From Azospirillum sp. 51_20 (GTDB lineage Bacteria; Pseudomonadota; Alphaproteobacteria; RF32; CAG-239), in assembly GCA_001917175.1 (NCBI GenBank), contig MNTV01000018.1, positions 53,907-117,906 of the forward strand: a stretch of 64,000 bases of DNA, given 5' to 3'. The stretch's first letter is position 1, and each line of letters opens with the position of its first letter. This document shows, in pieces, positions 29,578-38,181 of this stretch. The notes beneath the pieces are model-generated. The model had not been told where the DNA came from, made no database searches, and saw only the letters and a program-made list of their open reading frames with translations. Made by a program: the position numbers and the translations under genes.

Positions 29578-30718
29578 AACTAAGGTTATTAAAGTTCGTC
29601 AACCGATAGGTGACTTTTATATAGCATCTTTGCCTTGTAGTATCGTTGCTCAAATTGCGACTGCAGATGTTAGGCGTTTGGAAGAGCGAGATGTAGAGAA
29701 ATATCTTGGAATACAAAGGCCTTTAAAAGAAGATCGAGTTAAAGAACTACAAAAATATGTTAAAACTATGGATGCGACATTTCCTACTTCTGTTATTTTA
29801 GCGGTTGATGAGAAGTGTGCATCTTTAAATGAAGATGATATGGAGTTAACGTTGTCTGAATACATAGATAATGAACATCCTGAAGATTCTATTCCAATGG
29901 AACAAGTTGCAAAAATAATTGATGGTCAACACCGAATAGCTAGTTTCGTTGAAATAGATAAGGATGGACAACGTATATTTAAGTTTGGAGATGAAATTTT
30001 TGATATAAGTGTGGCAATATTTATTGGCGCGGATATATCGCAACAAGCTAACATTTTTTCTACGGTTAATTTAGCTCAAACTAAGGTAAACAAAAGTTTA
30101 GCATATGATTTAGCAGATTTAGCAAAATATAGAAGTCCTCAAAAAACATGTCATATGATTTCAGTTATGCTTGATTCTAGAGAAGATAGTCCTTTTTATC
30201 AAAGAATTAAGCGGTTAGGTGTCAAAACACAAGGGCGGGTACAGTTAGAGCCTTTAACTCAAGCTGTGTTTGTTGAAGCTTTGATGAAATTTATATCTGC
30301 AGAACCGATGAAAGATAGAGATTTGTTGCAGAGGAAAAAAAGTCTTCCACTGCTTAACGATAAAGATTTAGTCAAATTTCCTTTTAGAAATTTGTTTATT
30401 GAAGAAAAAGATTCAGATATTGCATTTATTATATATGAATATTTTTCAGCAATAAAAAGTTTGTGGCCAAAATCATGGAATGATTTAACGACTAAAGGAA
30501 ATATTCTGCCTAAAAGTAATGCTTTTAGGGCTTTTATGCGGTATTTACATGAAATATGTGGAGAAAATCTAAATAAAATTATGAATAGAAATGACTTTTT
30601 GTCGTATTTTAATAAAGATGCTTTTATTGATGGAGATGTTACCAGCCAACAATTTTTACCAGGTAGTGGTGGAGAAGCTGCATTTTTGAAAAAATTACAA
30701 AAAAAGCATTGTGATTAA
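29564..30718 (+). CDS. DGQHR-domain protein (DndB-like, ParB/Srx-related DNA-binding family)
   Basis: Contains the literal motif IIDGQHRIASF. 384 aa. It is the last gene of the plus-strand block in the island. Confidence 0.75.
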   Translation: MNTYKTKVIKVRQPIGDFYIASLPCSIVAQIATADVRRLEERDVEKYLGIQRPLKEDRVKELQKYVKTMDATFPTSVILAVDEKCASLNEDDMELTLSEYIDNEHPEDSIPMEQVAKIIDGQHRIASFVEIDKDGQRIFKFGDEIFDISVAIFIGADISQQANIFSTVNLAQTKVNKSLAYDLADLAKYRSPQKTCHMISVMLDSREDSPFYQRIKRLGVKTQGRVQLEPLTQAVFVEALMKFISAEPMKDRDLLQRKKSLPLLNDKDLVKFPFRNLFIEEKDSDIAFIIYEYFSAIKSLWPKSWNDLTTKGNILPKSNAFRAFMRYLHEICGENLNKIMNRNDFLSYFNKDAFIDGDVTSQQFLPGSGGEAAFLKKLQKKHCD

Positions 30719-30972
30719 TCCCTTTTTTTGATAAAAATTCCCTGATAAATTTGTGGCTAGGTAGGCACAATCCAAGTAAATCTGTATATTTGTGAGAATT
30801 TTGCATGTAAAATCCACCCAAATTTCCCTGCAGATTCTCTGTTATTAGAGAATGGATAATGATACATTCGTAATTTGGTGGTAGAAAAGATTTATGGTCA
30901 TCGGTTTAGAATATTAGCGAAATTTCATCTTTCGTATGCTTAATACCGTTGGGGTTTACTACACCGCCATTT

Positions 30973-31122
30973 TGATTAAAAAGACGCTAAATGATAGCGT
31001 CTTTTTTTGTATCCGGCGGAAATGCGGGCTTTGCGGGCGGTTGACTTCGCCGAAATGACTATGGTAAGCTCGTTTTATATTGGAAAATGCAAAGTTTTAG
31101 GCAGTTACATACGATGCCAGTC
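30973..31122. repeat. Right copy of the ~150-bp direct repeat. It is not preceded by a tRNA.
   Basis: See the 18403-18560 entry. It begins ACACCGCCATTTTGATTAAAAAGACGCT. Confidence 0.75.
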
Positions 31123-31127
31123 AGCTA

Positions 31128-31222
31128 ACCGCACCGGACGGACCTGCCGGTATTAAAATGGTATAACAAAAGCGAAGCGGCTGCAGCGGCGGCAAGGTAT
31201 AAAAATAAAAATGCGAATGCCG
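31128..31222. repeat. Right copy of the ~100-bp inverted repeat
   Basis: See the 17965-18063 entry. Confidence 0.7.
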
Positions 31223-31585
31223 ATTTCGGGAGAGGCGCTTCAAATATTATCTTTTATAGTTTGCACTTTGATAACAGGTACCCAAATTGTTAACCAGCAA
31301 GTTATCCTGTATTGAATTACAAGCGACTGCGGTTGTAGATATTTTATTATCAGTCACGGAAGATTTGAACGCTTAAAACGCTCCCGGGCAGGCTTTTGTT
31401 ATTGCAAAATTTACCAATTTCAACCTTTTTTCCAAAGGCAGCCAATATCAACGGCCCCGGCCGGCAATTCTGCCATATCTTTTTTATCAGCGGGTTCTCC
31501 GCAGGCATGGCTCATTCCCATACACACCAGACCGACGGCCGAAACTTCCGACTCTCCGATTTTACGCTATCTCACATTCTGATTC

Positions 31586-32431
31586 CTATATTTTATAATT
31601 AACCAGGAACTCAACGGTTTCCGGATCATAATGAGAAAAAAACAGGCTGTTTTCCGTATCCAGCCGACGTATTGTTTCCATTTCTCCGGCAGATAAGTTA
31701 AAATCGAATATGTCAAAGTTTTGTTCCATACGTTCTTTGTGAACGGACTTCGGAATGACAACGACATTTTCCTGTATCAAAAAGCGCAACGCCGTCTGAG
31801 CAACCGTTTTATGATGTTTTTCGCCGATTTTTTGCAAAGTTTCATTTTGAAAGAAGTTATTCCGCCCTTCGGCAAAAGGCCCCCAGGACATTGGCTGCGT
31901 GTTGTATTTTTTCATAATTTCACGAGCTTGCTGCTGTTGCTGGAAAACATGGAGTTCAACCTGGTTAACCGCAGGTTTTATTTCGGCAAAGTGAGCAATA
32001 TCGACAAATCGGTCCGGATAAAAATTGGAAACACCGACAGCCCGGATCTTACCGTCTTTATACGCTTCTTCCATTGCCCGATATGTTCCGTAATAATCGT
32101 TAAACGGCTGATGAATAAGCAGCAAATCAATATAATCCGTTTGCAGCTTTCTTAAAGATTCTTCTATGGAAGCTTTGGCTTTTTCATATCCGGCATTGGA
32201 AATCCATACCTTTGTAACCAGAAAAAAATCCTGACGCGGCAAACCGCTTTTTTTAACGGCATTGCCGACGGCTTCTTCGTTAAAATAAGCCTGAGCGGTA
32301 TCAATTAAGCGATAACCCGTTTGAATTGCTTCGCTGACAGCTTGTTCGCATTCTTTCAAATTTTCAATCTGATAAACGCCAAAACCTAAAATCGGCATTT
32401 TAACGCCATTATTTAATGTTACATATTCCAT
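31586..32431 (-). CDS. Aldo/keto reductase
   Basis: N-terminal region GVKMPILGFGVYQ and a C-terminal LIPKSVHKERMEQN motif are AKR-typical. The track ORF runs to 32446. Confidence 0.8.
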   Translation of the reverse strand: MEYVTLNNGVKMPILGFGVYQIENLKECEQAVSEAIQTGYRLIDTAQAYFNEEAVGNAVKKSGLPRQDFFLVTKVWISNAGYEKAKASIEESLRKLQTDYIDLLLIHQPFNDYYGTYRAMEEAYKDGKIRAVGVSNFYPDRFVDIAHFAEIKPAVNQVELHVFQQQQQAREIMKKYNTQPMSWGPFAEGRNNFFQNETLQKIGEKHHKTVAQTALRFLIQENVVVIPKSVHKERMEQNFDIFDFNLSAGEMETIRRLDTENSLFFSHYDPETVEFLVNYKI

Positions 32432-32553
32432 AACTTTTCCTTCCATATTATTTAATCAGATATCTCGGCCTTCCGCTGCCGTTTTCAGGTTTTTCGGCGT
32501 CTTTTGTCTCAAACGACGGCTGATGACATATGATTCGTTCATCATCCATATCC

Positions 32554-33612
32554 TTAATTTAACCGGTTGTATTCTTCATCCGCGACCGGTTCCAGCCACT
32601 CTGCCGAGGCGCCTTCGTTCGGAACAGAAATCGCAATATGGGTAAACCAACTGTCTTTCGCCGCGCCGTGCCAATGTTTAACCCCTTCCGGAATATCGAC
32701 GACATCACCCGCTTTCAATTCCTGCGCCGGCTTTCCCCATTCCTGATACCAGCCGCGGCCGGAAACGACAAACAAGGTCTGTCCGGTTTTGTGATGAACA
32801 TGCCAGTTATTGCGGGCTCCCGGCTCAAAAGTAACGTTTGAAGCGCTGATACCCTCTTTTGTCAGCGGCTGCAAATAACTTTTGCCGGTAAAATATTCGG
32901 CATAGGCGGCATTTTCTCCGCCCAACCCGAACAAAACCGTTTCGGTTCCGGTTTTATCAGCAATTTCCAGGATTTCCGCGACTTGCGCGTCAGTCAAACC
33001 GTTGTGTCTGCCAATGTTAACGTGGCCGTTAAGCTGGTCCGTTACGTTATCCATTGAAGCCAGCATGGCGATTGTGGCCAATTCTCTTGTTTGCCAGTCA
33101 ACATTATCGCGGGCAAAAACATCACCGAACAAATGGGCTTTTAAGAACTCGTCAATTGCCGGAGCAAATTCATAAATTTTGCCCCGAACCGGCTGTCCGA
33201 CAAGTTTCGTTTGATTTTCCGTGCCATAATCAAGGCTGTTTCCTTCCGGTTTTGCACTCGGGAGTCTGCCTTGTTCATCCCCGTTGCCGCGCTCTTCTTC
33301 AAGCTGCATCAATGTGTTTAAGGCATTCAGACTCCTCGGAAAGCCGCAATAAGCATAAACCTGCACCAGAATTTCCTTAAATTCGTTGACGGTAACGCCG
33401 GCTTCCAATCCCGCCGTCAGAGCCTGTTTCAAACCGGCCTGATTGCCGCGGGCAGCATAAGAAGCCGCCGCAGCTATTGATTTTTGTCCGGCATTTAAAG
33501 CTGTTTCAGCCATAGCATTTTCTCCCGTAAAAAGTATTATTCCTAAAATAACAGAGGCAAATATTCGTTTTATCATGGTCATGTCCTTATCTGATAAAGC
33601 TGGTAAACTCAA
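32554..33612 (-). CDS. Carboxymuconolactone-decarboxylase (AhpD-like) domain fused to a cupin domain. It may be exported.
   Basis: 352 aa. Hydrophobic N-terminal segment, a CMD-like helical region, and a C-terminal cupin (NNWHVHH...GVKHWHGA). Confidence 0.6.
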   Translation of the reverse strand: MSLPALSDKDMTMIKRIFASVILGIILFTGENAMAETALNAGQKSIAAAASYAARGNQAGLKQALTAGLEAGVTVNEFKEILVQVYAYCGFPRSLNALNTLMQLEEERGNGDEQGRLPSAKPEGNSLDYGTENQTKLVGQPVRGKIYEFAPAIDEFLKAHLFGDVFARDNVDWQTRELATIAMLASMDNVTDQLNGHVNIGRHNGLTDAQVAEILEIADKTGTETVLFGLGGENAAYAEYFTGKSYLQPLTKEGISASNVTFEPGARNNWHVHHKTGQTLFVVSGRGWYQEWGKPAQELKAGDVVDIPEGVKHWHGAAKDSWFTHIAISVPNEGASAEWLEPVADEEYNRLN

Positions 33613-33833
33613 TATTCCCTTTTTATCCCGCCTGAATTCATCAGGTGCGGTGAGCCGTTGATCAGCAAAACTTTCATGTTTTCCCTCCCATAAATTTCAT
33701 CGGACTGTTATAGTTTAGTACCTTATTTTTGAACTTACAGACCATATTCTCTCAAATAATTGCCTGTTTCTCTCATTTTTTGTTTGCAATAATAAAAACG
33801 CCTTTATATTCTCGTAACAGAAAGTGAGAACCC

Positions 33834-34721
33834 ATGGACAGTTTGGAAGAAAAGCGCAATTTGCTGAAAACGAAGGTGCGGAAGCTTTTTCCCGCTCCGG
33901 GATTGCTGCAGACCGGCATCAAAGGCTTCGGCGCCGCACTCAGAACCGCACCGACCTTTAACCGGCATTGTTTTTACAAACCGACGGCAATCGTGGTTTT
34001 GCAAGGAAAAAAGCAGACTGTTTTAGGCTCGGAGAAGTTTACCTATAACGAAAATCAGCTGGTTGTAACATCCATTGACATTCCGACAGTCGGCAGCATT
34101 GTCGAAGCCAGTCCGGAAAAACCGTTTATGACCCTGATTTTGGATCTGGACAGTTATCTTATCAGCCAGCTCTTAAGCGAGGGAAATTACCCGCATAACG
34201 AAACGGCGCGCCGGGGCATGGGAATCGCCGAAACCGACGAAGCCCTGCTGGATGCCTTTTACCGGCTGATTTCGCTTTTGGATCGGCCCGAACGGCAAAA
34301 GATTATGGCACCGATGATCATTAAAGAAATTCATTATCTTTTGCTCACTTCGCCGTTAGGGGACATTCTCCGTTCCGTCAACACCAAAGGCTCGCGAAAC
34401 AACCAGATTGCCGACGCCATTGCCTGGCTCAAGGAAAATTATCGCCAGCCTTTAAAAATTGAAGAACTGGCGCATAAATTCAATATGGCGGAATCTTCAT
34501 TTTACCGTCATTTCAGCAAAGTAACCAGCCTTAGTCCGCTGCAGTATCAAAAACGGCTCCGCCTTTATGAAGCGCAGCGCCTGATGTTGTCGGAAAACCT
34601 TGATGCCGCCAACGCCGCTTATGAAGTCGGCTATGAAAGCGCCAGCCAGTTTAACCGCGAATACAAACGGATGTTCGGCATGCCGCCCAAAACAAACGTC
34701 AACCGGATGAAAAACGCCTGA
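33834..34721 (+). CDS. AraC-family transcriptional regulator
   Basis: C-terminal double HTH of AraC type (KIEELAHKFNMAESSFYRHF... and the MFGMPPK region). It is divergent from the CMD-cupin gene. Confidence 0.8.
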   Translation: MDSLEEKRNLLKTKVRKLFPAPGLLQTGIKGFGAALRTAPTFNRHCFYKPTAIVVLQGKKQTVLGSEKFTYNENQLVVTSIDIPTVGSIVEASPEKPFMTLILDLDSYLISQLLSEGNYPHNETARRGMGIAETDEALLDAFYRLISLLDRPERQKIMAPMIIKEIHYLLLTSPLGDILRSVNTKGSRNNQIADAIAWLKENYRQPLKIEELAHKFNMAESSFYRHFSKVTSLSPLQYQKRLRLYEAQRLMLSENLDAANAAYEVGYESASQFNREYKRMFGMPPKTNVNRMKNA

Positions 34722-34743
34722 CCGACGTCTGTGCGGGAAAATT

Positions 34744-35100
34744 TTACAGTTGATTGTTTTTATATTTTGTCCCCCATTCCGCCATTGCCATAATTACCGG
34801 TCGTAAAGACAGTCCCGTTTTATTAAGGCTGTATTCGACTCTGGGCGGAACTTCCGCGTAAACCCTGCGGTCAAGCAGTCCGTCACTCTCCAGATTGCGG
34901 AGGTTTTCGGTTAAAACGCGCTGGCTGATTCCGGTCAAACTTTTACGCAATTCGCCGAAACGCTTCGTTCCGCCGAGCAAGTCGCGGACAATCAGCAGTT
35001 TCCATTTGTTGCCTATCAGGCTGATGGTCGTTGCGACCGGACAATCTAAATTTTTTTTATTTGAAATCACCTTGTTTTCTCCAAAAGTTACTTTTTGCAT
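34744..35100 (-). CDS. HxlR-family winged-helix transcriptional regulator
   Basis: CPVATTISLIGNKWKLLIVRDL is a signature of the HxlR type. It is divergent from the cupin gene. Confidence 0.8.
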   Translation of the reverse strand: MQKVTFGENKVISNKKNLDCPVATTISLIGNKWKLLIVRDLLGGTKRFGELRKSLTGISQRVLTENLRNLESDGLLDRRVYAEVPPRVEYSLNKTGLSLRPVIMAMAEWGTKYKNNQL

Positions 35101-35193
35101 ACTTCATAACAAAATAGTGCCTACTTTACATTTCAATCTAAATGTCATTATAAAATTATTGTTCTTAAACGCAATCATTTTCGGAGAAAACAA

Positions 35194-35622
35194 ATGAAAG
35201 AAATAATTGTAAAAAATTACCGTGAAATTCCCGCACAAGTGCAAACCCAGGGCGATAACCGGTTCAGCGTTAAGCCGGTTATCGAAGACATTGCCAAGTG
35301 CTCGGCCAACTTCGTGGAGGTTGAGCCCGGAAAACATGCCTATGGTTACCATTACCACGAAGAGAACGAAGAAGTCTTTTATATCATCAGCGGCAAGGCA
35401 ACGGTTAAAACGGAAAAGGGGGATATTCATCTTAATGCCGGCGACATTATTTGTTTTCCGGCAGACGTAAGCGGTTCGCACGTTATCTCGAATCCGTCCG
35501 AGACCGAAAAGCTGATTTATCTGGATGTCGGGACAGCCAACAGACCGGACGTCGTTCACTTTACCGGAACGAATGCCGGAATGGTTGTTGCCCGCGAAGG
35601 CATTTATAACTTTTCAAAATAG
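35194..35622 (+). CDS. Cupin-domain protein
   Basis: 142 aa with GYHYHEENEEVFYII...G and a second metal-binding motif. Confidence 0.65.
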   Translation: MKEIIVKNYREIPAQVQTQGDNRFSVKPVIEDIAKCSANFVEVEPGKHAYGYHYHEENEEVFYIISGKATVKTEKGDIHLNAGDIICFPADVSGSHVISNPSETEKLIYLDVGTANRPDVVHFTGTNAGMVVAREGIYNFSK

Positions 35623-35683
35623 TCCCCAAAGCCGATCAGCATTATTCCGGCCGGCTTTAAACCGCTTAAACGGGCTGAAAAAT

Positions 35684-35900
35684 TCAGTTTTCCGGTTTTA
35701 GCGAATCATAGAAGAATGATGCCGTTGCCCCGCCGTCAATCAGAAAATCGGAACCGGTAATAAACGATCCGTCAGGTGACATTAAAAATTCCGCAACATT
35801 GGCAACTTCATCGGCCGTTCCGGGCTTTCCGGACGAACGAAAGGCACCTTCGGGAACTGAAAAAACACCAGCGGTTCGGCGCTTGCATTTGACGGCGGCA
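35684..35900 (-). pseudogene. Remnant of the C-terminus of a short-chain dehydrogenase/reductase gene
   Basis: Minus-strand translation gives ...PEGAFRSSGKPGTADEVANVAEFLMSPDGSFITGSDFLIDGGATASFFYDSLKPEN*. This is a typical SDR C-terminal segment, with no N-terminal body or start codon. Confidence 0.4.
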
Positions 35901-35989
35901 AACCTTATATAAAAATATGGAGATTGTTTTTAAAAAAACGAATCAAAGGCGACCGCTCCGGGCGGCCGCCGCAAAAGGAGGACATACAC

Positions 35990-36610
35990 ATGCTTAAGAT
36001 ACTTGCCAACAAACACGCCGTCGTTTTAACCGCCGCTCTTCTGATGAGCGGATTTGCCGCCCTGCCCGTTTGCGCGGGACAGACAAATGCCGCCCAAAAC
36101 GCCGACGACAAGGAAATAGCCATGCTCAAACAGCGGGTTGACGAACAGGAACGGATGATCAACGACCTTTTGCGTTTCAATTCTCCGGCCAAATTTCATC
36201 ACCATATGCGGAGAATGCTGAACGATCCGTATTTTGCGCCGGACGACATTCTGTTCAACGCGCCGATGCAGGCGCCGACGGACGTTTTCGGCCGGATGAA
36301 CGTATCCGATAAAAAAGACGCGATCGAAGTAACGGTTGAAATGCCGGGCATGGATAAAAAGGACATTGAAATCGAAGTCAAGGACAACATCCTGACCGTC
36401 AGCGGAGAGAAAAAGGAAGCTCAGGAAGTCAAAGAAGGCGATTACTATATGCAGGAACGCCAGTTCGGACAGTTCAACCGTTCAATCGGCCTGCCGGACA
36501 ACATTGACGTCAACAAAATTTCCAGCAGCCTCAAAAACGGCGTGTTGACCATCATTGTACCGAAAACGGCAGAAAAGGCCGTGGAAGTTAAAAAGATTCC
36601 GGTTGACTGA
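35990..36610 (+). CDS. Hsp20/alpha-crystallin-family protein with an N-terminal signal peptide
   Basis: MLKILANKHAVVLTAALLMSGFAALPVCAG signal. Alpha-crystallin domain (DIEIEVKDNILTVSGEK ... LKNGVLTIIVPK). The track ORF starts at 35924. A terminator lies at 36627-36654. Confidence 0.75.
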   Translation: MLKILANKHAVVLTAALLMSGFAALPVCAGQTNAAQNADDKEIAMLKQRVDEQERMINDLLRFNSPAKFHHHMRRMLNDPYFAPDDILFNAPMQAPTDVFGRMNVSDKKDAIEVTVEMPGMDKKDIEIEVKDNILTVSGEKKEAQEVKEGDYYMQERQFGQFNRSIGLPDNIDVNKISSSLKNGVLTIIVPKTAEKAVEVKKIPVD

Positions 36611-36877
36611 CCGCAAGCAAACAACCGAAGACCGGCAGCAGCCGGTCTTTTCTTACCGCAAAAGCGCCGTAACGGGTTGATAATATCCGGTTATATTTCA
36701 TAATACCTTCAGGTTAAGAATCGGAAAACGCCGGACTCAGAAAGCGAAACGGCGAGGAAAAACGATTTCCGCATTGACCGGCAACGAATGCTTCGGTAAG
36801 TTTGGACGAGTTTATGACAAAAGCCCGCTAAAAACCTTTCGGTTTTTAACGGGCTTTTCGTTTTAAAACGACTTTGC

Positions 36878-37165
36878 TCATTTGTTTTTTAAAAAGTTTT
36901 TAATGCCGAAGCACCAGCAGAAAACCAAAGTCCCCAATATCATCAGTACCAGAGCTTCCGCGCCGGCTGCCAAAAGCGCCAGCAGCAAATTTTCGGGAAA
37001 CAGTTCATCGGTGACGGAAAAAGCAATCCCGCTCAGCGCAACCCAGGCAAACACAAGCGCTATGTTCCGCATCAGGTTGGGAAATCTGAGAGAGTGTGCG
37101 GAAATTGATATACACACAATAAACCCGGCCACACCCACAATGAGCATTACAAGATTCGTATACAT
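36878..37165 (-). CDS. Possible small membrane protein
   Basis: 95-aa ORF with three hydrophobic helices and no other support. Confidence 0.3.
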   Translation of the reverse strand: MYTNLVMLIVGVAGFIVCISISAHSLRFPNLMRNIALVFAWVALSGIAFSVTDELFPENLLLALLAAGAEALVLMILGTLVFCWCFGIKNFLKNK

Positions 37166-37371
37166 GATAATAAATTTAAAAATTAAACATGTCTGTATTA
37201 TATCATCTTTGCGGAATTTGTACAGAATTTATCCGACAAGCCGCAAAAAACCGGGATCATCCCGGTTCTTCCTGCCAGCCGGATGAAACCGGCCGCCGTT
37301 TTTTTGTTTTACTTCGGCGGCAAAACGCGTTACAGTTAATAAATTACATAAACAGAACGAATGCCAAGACA

Positions 37372-38181
37372 ATGGACAAAGTATCAGTCATCATCCCGGT
37401 TTACAACTGCGAAAAGTTTTTAAAACACACCGTTCAGTCGGTTTTAAATCAGAGTTTTCAGAACTGGGAAGCAATTATCGTCAACGACGCCTCAACCGAC
37501 GGCAGTCTGGCGGCCGCCCGCGAATTTTCCGTCAGCGATCCGCGGATCCGGGTGGTCAGCCAGGAAAAGAACAGCGGGGTCGGCGCCTGCCGCAACCGGG
37601 GAATGGCGCTGGCCGGCGGGCGCTATCTGGCGTTTCTCGATTCCGACGACCTGTGGTCAAAGGAAAAGCTTTCCCGTCAGCTGGCCTTCATGCGGCAAAA
37701 CAATGCCGCGGCTTCGCACACCGGCTATGCCTTTATGAGCGAAAAAGGAGAAGTTCTGGTTAAGGGAAAAGTTTCCGTCGACCGCGAAATCGGGCTGGAA
37801 CAGTATATGAAAACCACCCAGATCGGCATGTCGACGGTGATGATCGACCGGCAGAAAATCCCCGATCTGAAATTTCCCGAAGAGAGGGAACTGTGCGAAG
37901 ACGCCAGGGCCTGGGTTTCGCTCTTTCACCGCGGATACCGCTTCCACGGGTTAAACGAAGTGCTGCTGCTTTACCGGGTGCGGCAGAACCAGCTTTCCGG
38001 CAACAAGCTCAACATGGCCCTCAACACGCTGAAACGTTATCTGCGCGAGGACAACCTGCCGGCTTACAAACGGTTGTACTGTTTCCTCAGCTATGCCTGC
38101 AACGGCGCCAAAAAAAGAATGAACCAAAGCAATCTGGCGCCGGAAATCATACATAATTTCAACTGCAGGAACAACGAATGA
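37372..38181 (+). CDS. Family 2 glycosyltransferase
   Basis: Begins VSVIIPVYNCEKFL, then ...DAS and ...DSDD motifs. The track ORF extends upstream to 37189. Confidence 0.8.
   Translation: MDKVSVIIPVYNCEKFLKHTVQSVLNQSFQNWEAIIVNDASTDGSLAAAREFSVSDPRIRVVSQEKNSGVGACRNRGMALAGGRYLAFLDSDDLWSKEKLSRQLAFMRQNNAAASHTGYAFMSEKGEVLVKGKVSVDREIGLEQYMKTTQIGMSTVMIDRQKIPDLKFPEERELCEDARAWVSLFHRGYRFHGLNEVLLLYRVRQNQLSGNKLNMALNTLKRYLREDNLPAYKRLYCFLSYACNGAKKRMNQSNLAPEIIHNFNCRNNE

Larger units (their letters stand above)
18409..31122. mobile_element. Integrated genomic island of about 12.7 kb next to tRNA-Ser. It carries a serine recombinase and a phage packaging module (a prophage remnant or satellite-like element) plus an accessory, defence-like module.
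   Basis: It sits next to a tRNA, is bracketed by repeats, and has a visibly lower GC than its flanks. It carries a large serine recombinase with DUF2924, a ParB-methylase, a DUF5681-like protein with TerL, and an XRE repressor, but no capsid or tail genes. Confidence 0.6.

Noticed and set aside
30719-31585. Searched for a tRNA fragment or integrase gene at the right island boundary, and for a CRISPR array in the ~870-bp noncoding stretch
   Set aside because: Only the terminal CCGCCA of the tRNA is shared with the right-hand repeat copy. There is no tyrosine integrase ORF and no regularly spaced short repeats. The region contains only the direct and inverted repeat copies described above.
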